This document shows positions 9,183-17,100 of a stretch of DNA of 53,481 nt, one piece after another. The translations under genes were made by a program, and so were the position numbers. The DNA is from a virus. Lineage: Duplodnaviria; Caudoviricetes. The stretch covers positions 1 to 53,481 of IMG/VR virus record IMGVR_UViG_3300044707_000344; one strand, 5' to 3'. The notes under the pieces were generated by a model. That model saw only the letters and a list, made by a program, of their open reading frames with translations, searched no databases and was not told the origin of the DNA. Each line of letters begins with the position of its first letter. The stretch's first letter is position 1.

Positions 9183-9623
9183 ATGAACCACGTTGCTGCT
9201 ACGAAGTCCGCTGCGGCCGGCAAGGGTGCGGTCTACACGTCCTCGCAGACCGCGACCCTGACGCTCGACACGCTGGGTTATGCCTATGCGTCCATTGACG
9301 TGATCGCCGGCCCTGCGGCGTCGACGTCGAGCGTGTTTCAGACCCTGACCCTGACGGAGTCGGATGCCAGCACCGGCACCTACTCCACCGTCTCGGGTTT
9401 CGCGGTCGACCTCAAGCCGGCGGCCTACGCCGGCCAGACCGCGACGGACGCGATGACCGTCTCGCGGCTGGACGTTGACCTCCGCGGCAAGAAGCGCTAT
9501 CTCCGGGTGGTGGCGAGCCCCAACACCGACACGGTGATCGTGGTCTCGGCTCGGCTCGGCCGCGGCGAGGCTGGCCCGGTCGACGCGACCGGCAAGGGTG
9601 TGAAGGTCTCGGTCGAGTCCTGA
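9183..9623 (+). CDS. Capsid-associated cement/decoration protein (putative)
   Basis: Follows the capsid gene; AGGAG RBS; beta-rich with KRYLRV motif. Confidence 0.6.
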   Translation: MNHVAATKSAAAGKGAVYTSSQTATLTLDTLGYAYASIDVIAGPAASTSSVFQTLTLTESDASTGTYSTVSGFAVDLKPAAYAGQTATDAMTVSRLDVDLRGKKRYLRVVASPNTDTVIVVSARLGRGEAGPVDATGKGVKVSVES

Positions 9624-9648
9624 TCGCTTGACACTATCGTCATTCTGG

Positions 9649-9690
9649 GCGGCTGGCAGGGAGCAATCCCCGCCAGCCGCTTCCTTTTTC
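9649..9690 (+). terminator. Rho-independent terminator
   Basis: GCGGCTGGC/GCCAGCCGC stem followed by TTCCTTTTT. Confidence 0.65.
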
Positions 9691-9703
9691 ACGAGGTACC
9701 AGA

Positions 9704-10441
9704 ATGATCGTCAAGGTGGGGAACACAGAGGCAGACATTCGCGTCGAGGCGGTGCTGTCGATGCCGCGGTTGAGCTTTACCGCCAACCACTTCGCATGGG
9801 CTCAGGCACTCATGCCGCTCGGCATTCGCCCGACGATGGGCACTGGTGCGTTCTGGGATCAGGTCAATTCTCGCATCTTCGAGCAGTTTATCGATAAGTG
9901 CGAATACATCCTCACCATCGACTACGACACGTTCTTCACGAGGGCCGATGTCGAGCACCTCTTTACGATGGCGCTCACGTTCCAGTGCGACGCACTTACG
10001 GGCTTGCAGACCAAGCGTGAAGACGGCCGTCCGATGCTCACGCTCAAGGGCACGCTCGACAATCCTCCCGAGAGCGGCAGCACGACGGTGCCTGCCAGCT
10101 GGTTCGGCGAGCCCGTGCAGGAGGTGGACTCCGCACATTTCGGGCTCACGGTAATCAGCACGGCCGCACTCAAGCGATGCAAGAAACCGTGGTTCTGGTC
10201 GAAGCCAGCGCCGGACGGCACCTGGAATGACGGCAGGTTAGACCCGGACATTTACTGGTGGAAGAACTGGCGTGAGAGCGGAAACCGCGTGTTCGTGACG
10301 CCGCGAGTGATTCTCGGCCACGGAGAGTACGTCGTGACGTGGCCCGGCAAGGATCTCAGCACGCCTGTTTTCCAGTGGACGACGGAGTTCACGAGCAAGC
10401 TGAAAGCCCCCGACACTGCATGGAGCGTGCCCCAATCGTGA
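9704..10441 (+). CDS. GT-A fold glycosyltransferase-like protein inside the head module
   Basis: ILTIDYD (DxD), HFGLTVI, DPDIYWW, ILGHGE. Confidence 0.65.
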   Translation: MIVKVGNTEADIRVEAVLSMPRLSFTANHFAWAQALMPLGIRPTMGTGAFWDQVNSRIFEQFIDKCEYILTIDYDTFFTRADVEHLFTMALTFQCDALTGLQTKREDGRPMLTLKGTLDNPPESGSTTVPASWFGEPVQEVDSAHFGLTVISTAALKRCKKPWFWSKPAPDGTWNDGRLDPDIYWWKNWRESGNRVFVTPRVILGHGEYVVTWPGKDLSTPVFQWTTEFTSKLKAPDTAWSVPQS

Positions 10442-10692
10442 AAATCAAATTCCAGAAGAACTACTCGACTTACCGGCCGGGCGACGTTGTCGATTGCGAC
10501 GAGGCAGTGGCTCGTCGGCTCATCGCCGAGGGCACTGCCGTAGCGGATAGGCAGGCCGACCTGATCGAGACGGCGGCACTTGACCCTGGCGGCGAGTCTG
10601 CGGACCTGACTCCGCGGCGGCGTGGGCGACCTCCCAAGGAGCGAAGCGTTGAATTACCGCAGCACACGGACGGTCACGCAGCCGATAGTTGA
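10438..10692 (+). CDS. Small virion-module protein
   Basis: GTG start overlapping upstream stop; YRPGDVVDC...ARRLIAEG and RRGRPPK tail typical of small genes in head modules. Confidence 0.6.
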   Translation: MKIKFQKNYSTYRPGDVVDCDEAVARRLIAEGTAVADRQADLIETAALDPGGESADLTPRRRGRPPKERSVELPQHTDGHAADS

Positions 10693-11248
10693 GCCTGTCT
10701 CGCTGGCCGAGGCGAAGGGTCACTGCCGGATCGACTCCACGACCGACGACGCCTACATCGCGTCGCTGGTGACGGCGGCCCGCGAGTGGGTCGAGGCGTA
10801 CATGGACGAGTCGCTCGTCCACCAGCAGCTGACCATGAAGATGGACGGGTTCCCCGTCGAGATCGAGTTGCCGCGTCCGCCGATGGCAACTGCCGGCACG
10901 ACGACTGCCGTCACGGTCACCTACACGCTCGACGAGACAGGCACGACGGCAACGCTGTCATCGACGCAATACCGGGTGGACCGGGACAGCACGCCGGGCG
11001 TGATCCGCACGAACTACGGCGGGGCGTGGCCTGGGCACATCATGGACTACAACGCCGTCACTGTGACGTGGTGGGCAGGCCGCGGCTCGTCTGGAAACGA
11101 CGTGCCGCAGGGCATCCGCAACGCAATACTGATGCTCGTGGGGCACTGGTACGAGCGTCGGCTGGCGGCTGATGCCGGGGCGCTGAACGAGATTCCATTC
11201 GGGGCGAAGGCGCTGCTCGACGCTCAACGCTGGGGCTCGTACCGATGA
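10649..11248 (+). CDS. Head-tail connector/adaptor (gp6-like)
   Basis: EPVSLAEAKGHCRID, AILMLVGHWYERR; TTG start after AAGGAG. Confidence 0.9.
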   Translation: MNYRSTRTVTQPIVEPVSLAEAKGHCRIDSTTDDAYIASLVTAAREWVEAYMDESLVHQQLTMKMDGFPVEIELPRPPMATAGTTTAVTVTYTLDETGTTATLSSTQYRVDRDSTPGVIRTNYGGAWPGHIMDYNAVTVTWWAGRGSSGNDVPQGIRNAILMLVGHWYERRLAADAGALNEIPFGAKALLDAQRWGSYR

Positions 11249-11562
11249 TTGACCCTGGCAAGCTCCGCGAGCGGGTGACGGTGCAGGTCGCCAGTGGCAC
11301 GACCAATGCCCTCGGCGAAACGGTGCTGACGTGGTCCGACTCGTCTGCCGTCTGGGCGAGCGTGGAGGGCGTGTCGGCACGCGAGCAGATCACGGCGGGG
11401 CAGAGCCAGACGGCGATCAGCCATCGCGTGCGGCTGCGGTATCTGCCTGGCCTGACGCAGTCGCATCGCTTCTCGTGGCGGTCTCGCACGCTGGAGATTG
11501 TCAGCCTGCTCGAGCACGGCAACCGCCAAGAGCACGAGGCTATCTGCCAGGAGAACACCTAG
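11245..11562 (+). CDS. Head closure protein
   Basis: PGKLRERVTVQ, VWASVE, HRVRLRY. Confidence 0.9.
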   Translation: MIDPGKLRERVTVQVASGTTNALGETVLTWSDSSAVWASVEGVSAREQITAGQSQTAISHRVRLRYLPGLTQSHRFSWRSRTLEIVSLLEHGNRQEHEAICQENT

Positions 11563-12363
11563 ATGGCGACAGCCGGTATCGTCATCTCGGCAGACTTTCC
11601 CGACCTCAAGCGGGTCGGGGACGCTATCCGCGGGCTGGGCGACAAGAACTTCACAGCCCAGGCGTTGAAGAATGCGCTGGAAAAAGCAATCTATCCGGCG
11701 TATCTGCGGCTGCGTGAACTGTCGCCTGTCGGTCCTACCGGCAATCTGAAGGCCGCGGCCTCGCACTTGGTGAAGGCATACCCGCGTGATGGTGCTGCCG
11801 TCGGCCTGATTGGCTATCGCCGGGCCAACAGGCAGGACTCTCGCAGTGCTGCCGGCGGCAAGGTCCGTGTCTCTAGTGCGTCTGCCGGTGACCGTGCGAA
11901 TCACCAGTGGCTCATTGAGTACGGCACGCGGCAGCGTGTGGTCGGCAAGTTTTCCAACACACCGTACCAGCGGAAAAGCCCGACGGTGCCGTTTGTGCGA
12001 ACCCGCATGGGCATACAAGAGACCGTCCGCGGCAAGGGCGTCGTGCATACGGTCAAGGGGCAGAACGCCTACATCGCGTCGAGCTTCAAGACCCTCGGGC
12101 CATTCGACACGATCCGCCAGCGAAACGGCCGGGTCCAGACTGATCCGCCGTATCCGGGGGCGTTCTTTCGCAAGTCAAAAACGCCCATCGTGATCGCACC
12201 GACGCCCGTGGGCGGTCGTGCAGGACGCCCGCCGGTTCGCACTGCTTTTGAAGAGTCGCAGAGTCAGGTGGCGTTCATCCTGCAGCAGGAGCTGCGGATC
12301 AGCCTGGAGCGAGCACTGAGCACGCTCACGTTCCGCGGCGAAGGCACCCTCTCCGGAGTCTGA
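11563..12363 (+). CDS. HK97 gp10-like neck/tail protein
   Basis: PVGPTGNLK, WLIEYGT; position between head closure and tail completion. Confidence 0.7.
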   Translation: MATAGIVISADFPDLKRVGDAIRGLGDKNFTAQALKNALEKAIYPAYLRLRELSPVGPTGNLKAAASHLVKAYPRDGAAVGLIGYRRANRQDSRSAAGGKVRVSSASAGDRANHQWLIEYGTRQRVVGKFSNTPYQRKSPTVPFVRTRMGIQETVRGKGVVHTVKGQNAYIASSFKTLGPFDTIRQRNGRVQTDPPYPGAFFRKSKTPIVIAPTPVGGRAGRPPVRTAFEESQSQVAFILQQELRISLERALSTLTFRGEGTLSGV

Positions 12364-12365
12364 CG

Positions 12366-12782
12366 ATGCCTTTGAAATCACCAGAGGCTGCCGTTCGCAG
12401 CCGCCTCGTCGCGACAGCCGGCGTGACCGCCCTCATCGGCACCCGCATCTATCCCGTCATCGCACCGGCCACGGCGGCCCTGCCGTTCGTGACGTGGCGG
12501 CGTGTGGCGGTCGAGCGGACGCAGTCCCTCAAGGGGCCGATCGGCACGCCGACAGTAAGCCTCTCGGTCGACATCTTCGCAGAGACCTACGAATCCGCGA
12601 GAGATATCGCAGACCAGTGCCGGCAGTCTCTGGATGGCTGGGGGGGCACATTGGAAAATGTGACTGTGGCGCGTGTGTCGCTCGACAACGAGAGCGACGG
12701 ATTCGCCCAGTTGGCCGGCGGCGACCTCCCGCCGGTCTACACCGTGCAGCAAATCTACGGCATCCTCTGGCAGGAGAATTGA
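12366..12782 (+). CDS. Tail completion protein (DUF3168/gp17-like)
   Basis: VTALIGTRIYP, LPFVTW, RQSLDGW. Confidence 0.85.
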   Translation: MPLKSPEAAVRSRLVATAGVTALIGTRIYPVIAPATAALPFVTWRRVAVERTQSLKGPIGTPTVSLSVDIFAETYESARDIADQCRQSLDGWGGTLENVTVARVSLDNESDGFAQLAGGDLPPVYTVQQIYGILWQEN

Positions 12783-12785
12783 GCT

Positions 12786-13166
12786 ATGGCAGTCACGCCT
12801 CATGACGGTGCGGGGACAGTGTTCACGTTCGGCGGCACGGCCTTCACCGTCACGAACATCGTTTACAACCTGGCCGATCCGGCGACCGACAACACGATAG
12901 ACGTGTCGCACCTCGGGCTCACCGCCGGCAACGCCGTCAAGACGATTGACCGCCCCCTGACCGGCAACGCCACCGACACTGGGCGGCAGGTCACGATCGA
13001 CTATCTCGGCAAGGCTATCGTCGCGGACGCCTCCAGTGCCGCCATGTCGATCTCGCACGCCGGCGTGACGTTCCTGTCGAAGGACGCCACGGTCGTCAGT
13101 TCGTCGGTGACATTCGCGACGAACGACGTCATCAAGGGCCAGGCAGTCTTCAAGGTCGCACGCTGA
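12786..13166 (+). CDS. Major tail tube protein (minimal)
   Basis: IDVSHLG tail-tube motif, beta-rich, follows tail completion gene. Confidence 0.7.
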   Translation: MAVTPHDGAGTVFTFGGTAFTVTNIVYNLADPATDNTIDVSHLGLTAGNAVKTIDRPLTGNATDTGRQVTIDYLGKAIVADASSAAMSISHAGVTFLSKDATVVSSSVTFATNDVIKGQAVFKVAR

Positions 13167-13190
13167 TCGTCGTGACGGAGGCATCCCGTC

Positions 13191-13523
13191 ATGGCTGACT
13201 ATGCTGCCGGCGTTACCGTGACGTGGAACAGCGTAGCGTTCACTGAAGTCACAGACTTCAGGGTAACGCTCGGCGGCAATCTGCCAGTGTCGCGGGAGGC
13301 TCCCGCCGGCAGCGCGTTCGCGCTTGACCTTGGCACTATAGAGATAGCGTGCCTCGGGGCCGCGAACTGTAGCGTTGCCAATTACGGCAAGCGTGCCACG
13401 TTTCAAGTCTCGGGGCCGGGCGTCGTGTTCACGCATAAGGCCATCTTCGAGCGACTCGTCGTCGAGAAGAAGGTCAACGATGTGCAGAGGAACACCGTGA
13501 CGCTGCGTCTGGCACCCATCTAG
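13191..13523 (+). CDS. Second tail tube-like protein
   Basis: Similar length and beta pattern to 12786-13166; ACGGAGG RBS. Confidence 0.55.
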   Translation: MADYAAGVTVTWNSVAFTEVTDFRVTLGGNLPVSREAPAGSAFALDLGTIEIACLGAANCSVANYGKRATFQVSGPGVVFTHKAIFERLVVEKKVNDVQRNTVTLRLAPI

Positions 13524-13532
13524 GAGACGAGC

Positions 13533-13877
13533 ATGGCACTGACGGCAGAGCAGATTCTGGCAAGCGACGACCTCGGATTGAAGAAGGTCACCGTCCGCGA
13601 GTGGGGCGGCGATGTCTACATCCGCGTGATGAGCGTCGGCGAGCGTGATTCCTATGAGCGGCTGTGGATGGGCAAGCGGGACACGGGTGTGGAGAACTTC
13701 CGCACCGAGTACCTCGCTCGCGTGCTCTGCACCGAGAAGGGCGAGCTGCTCTTCACCCGCGAGCAGGTCGCGTCACTGGCGAACAAGAGTGGAGCCGTCA
13801 TGGGCAGGCTCTTCGACGAGGCGCTCCAACACAACAACATGACGGAGGCGGACGTCGAGCAGCTGGGGAAAACCTGA
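13533..13877 (+). CDS. Tail assembly chaperone (gpG-like)
   Basis: VREWGGDVYIRVMS; ends in CTG GGG AAA ACC TGA before the tape measure gene. Confidence 0.85.
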   Translation: MALTAEQILASDDLGLKKVTVREWGGDVYIRVMSVGERDSYERLWMGKRDTGVENFRTEYLARVLCTEKGELLFTREQVASLANKSGAVMGRLFDEALQHNNMTEADVEQLGKT

Positions 13878-14185
13878 GTGTCTCGCCGACGCGGAGGTTC
13901 ATCTTCGCTTTGGCGGGGCACTTGAAGATGACGGTCGGCGAACTGTGCGAGCGAATGGATTCTCGCGAGTTGTCCGAGTGGATGGCTTACACGCGGTACT
14001 TCCAGGCATTGCCAGATCCGTGGAGACAGACAGGGCTCGAGGTGAGTGCGATGCTGGCACCGTACTCCGCAAAAGGCAAGGCACCGAGTGCCGAGGACTT
14101 CAACCCGATTGAGCATCCGCCGCAGCACGAGGATCAGATGCTCGCACAGATACGAATGCTGCAGTCGGCGCTAGGAACTGGCTGA
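13865..14185 (+). CDS. -1 frameshift extension of tail assembly chaperone (gpGT-like)
   Basis: Open -1 frame GENLSVSPTRRFIFALAGHLKMTVGEL...MDSRELSEW from the GGGGAAAA run up to the tape measure start. Confidence 0.7.
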   Translation, partial: GENLSVSPTRRFIFALAGHLKMTVGELCERMDSRELSEWMAYTRYFQALPDPWRQTGLEVSAMLAPYSAKGKAPSAEDFNPIEHPPQHEDQMLAQIRMLQSALGTG

Positions 14186-17100
14186 TGGCGAATATTCTCG
14201 GACTCGCGCTCAAGGTTAGCGGCGACGCCAGCGGGCTGGCGAAGTCACTCACGCCTGTCGATCGTGCGCTCGACAACCTCGGCAAGCAGGCCGAAAAGGC
14301 CACGGCTGTGTTCCAGCCGTTCGCTGAGAAGACGGCGGCAGCGGGCAAAGCTCAAGAGGAGTTCGCGGCGAAGTTCGAGTCGCTTGCCCAGCAGTTGCGA
14401 AACGGCGTTGTCGCGCCCAATGAGTACGCTGCCGCATTTGGGCAGTTGACCGAAGAGGCGAAGGCGGCGGCGGCGGCTTTCCAAGAGGGGCTGCAAATCA
14501 CGCAGCAGAATCAAACTGCTGATCAAGCAAGAGCGGCTAGTCTTGAGCGGCTCAACGAACTGCTGAAGATGGGTGCAATAGACGCCCGCAACTTTGGCCT
14601 TGAGTCAGCCAAGCTTTCTGAAGGATCGGACAGCACTGCCCTGGATCGCTTCACCGAAGCGATTGCCCCGCTGCGAGCGGCGTTTGAAGGCGGTGCCTTG
14701 TCTGCTGAACGCTTCGCAGAGCAGTCGCGGGAAATTGCTGCAGCGATCAGCGGATCAACGCCAACAGCAGAGCGGCAGGCAACGGCGATCCTTGAGCTAC
14801 GCGATCGCTTTGAAGCTGGGCGAATTTCTATTGAGCAGTACCGTGAAGAGTTTTCACGCATTCAGTCTGGCGACATTGCAACAACATTTGAGGTGCAGGT
14901 CGTCGGAGTTCGCGAGGGCGTTGAGGCGAGCAACGAACTGCGAGCCTCGTTAGCTCAACTGACTGACACGCAGATTACCGCAGCGTTGCAAATCGCTGGT
15001 GTCGAGGAACTGGACGATCTGCGGCAACAGTTTGCTGGCGTTGACGGTACGCAGATCGATGCGGTCCTCAAGGTTCTCGGCGTCGATTCGATTGATGCCG
15101 CACGCGAACGGTTGATCGCCCTGGGTGCTTTGCAGATCGAGCCAAAGCTGCAGGCGATCGGGTTTGAGAACATCGACGCTGCTCAATCAGCGATTGAGTC
15201 ACTAAGTGATCGCAGCGTCACGGCCACGCTTGAGTTTCTTGGGGCCGGGACTATCAGCGATGCGGCAGAAAGGCTGGCAGCACTCGACGGCACCACCGTC
15301 GAAGCGTTTCTGCAGGCAACTGGGTTTGAGTCAATAGATGCCGCCCAGGCCAAGCTTGGTGAGTTGAAAGACGTAGACGTGGCGGCGACGCTACAGCTAC
15401 TTGGCGTAGACACGATTGATGCCGCTAGGAATAGGCTTGTTGCGCTGGGCGAAGTACAAATTCAGCCAAAGCTGCAAGCCATTGGATTTGACTCCATTGA
15501 CGCTGCTCAATCAGCGATTGAGTCACTAAGTGATCGCAGCGTCACGGCCACGCTTGAGTTCTTAGGGACAGACAGCATCGACGATGCACGCGAGCGACTT
15601 GGCGTGATTGACGGCACGACCGTCGAGGCGTTCTTGAGAGCCAGCGGATTCGACTCGATTGACGCTGCACAAGCGAAGCTGGCAGAACTTCAGAGCGTAG
15701 ATGTTGCTGCCACGTTGACGGTGCTTGGCGTGGACACAATAGACGAAGCCCGGCAGCGGCTGGCGTCGATTTCTACCGTAGACATTGAGCCGGTTCTGCG
15801 GCTGCTTGGCGTTGATTCAATTGCTGATGCACGGCAGCAGCTTGCTGCTGTAAACGGCACGGAGATTGACGCGCAGCTTCGCGTGCTTGGCGTAGACGGC
15901 ATTGAGTCCGCAAAGGCACTGCTGGCCAGCGTCGAAGGCAAGAATGTCGACCTCATTGCCAAGACGCTCGGCCTTGATTCTGTTTTGAGCCTCACGCAGG
16001 CGATTGACGCATCCGAAAGCAAGACCGTCACTTTCGACGTTGCCGGAAACGCCGATGAAGAAACGAAGCGCATTGCGGAGCTTGTGACAGAGCAAGACGC
16101 CTATCAGGCTGCCATCGCCGAAGGGCTGCGTGTCACCCGCGAGGTTCGCACGGCAGAAGAACGGCGGGCAGCAGAGCTTGAAAAAATCGAGTCGCTGCTC
16201 GCGCGCGGTGCGATTTCGGAAGAGACTGCCGGGCGTGCTCGGGACAAGGCGACAGGGTCAGTAGAAGCGGCGGCTAGGGCCGAGGCTGAATCGCAGAAGG
16301 CTCGCGAAAAACTCCTGCAAGAAGGGGCGAGACTTACGGAGCAGTTTGCTTCGGAAGAGGAAAAACGAGCAAAGACAATTCAGCAGATTGATGATCTGCT
16401 AAAGGCGGGAGTGATCTCGGAGGAAACATACGCCAAAGCCAGGGGGCAGGCGACCGGCGAAGCGGACAAGGCGGCCGAAGCGGCGAGCAAGTATCAGCAG
16501 GTGATTGAGGACGGGCTACGTGTTACGGCCTCAGTGGCGACTGAGGAAGAGCGGCGAGCGACAGAGCTTGAGAAGCTGGAGAGCCTTCTATCGCAAGGTG
16601 CGATTTCTCAGGAGACGTTCGTCCGTGCGTCAGAGCGTGCCACTGGCGTCGAGAAAGAGCGTGCTGACGCTGCCGCTTCTGCGGCTCGCATCATCGCCGC
16701 GAACCTGACTCCGCAGGAAAAGTACGACCAGCAGATTCAAGAACTCACGCAGCATCTGGACGCCGGCCGTCTGACGCAAGAGCAGTTCAATCGGGCTGCA
16801 CAGAAGGCGAAGTCGGACCTCGACGGCGTCGGCTCGGAAGCAGCGAAGACCGACAAAAACATTGAGCGGCTCAACAAAAACGTCAGCATCCTCGCACAGA
16901 TTGAAATCGGCCGCTTGGTCTTCGACGGTGTGCGTGCCCTCGGCAACGCATTCACGAGCGTGACGAGCCAGATCACCAGCCTGGTGGGCTCTGTCAACTC
17001 GTCGCTCGACACGCTCAACGACTTCTCCGCAAGGACGGGCATCGGCGTCGAGGCGTTGCAGGGCTACGCCGTCGCCGCGAAGCTGGCCGGCGTGGACACG

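Noticed and set aside
7709-9223. 504-aa minus-strand ORF (and similar ones at 5861-6877, 12378-13436, 24928-26139, 31571-32710)
   Set aside because: Antisense shadows of well-supported plus-strand genes, expected in high-GC DNA; no recognisable motifs.
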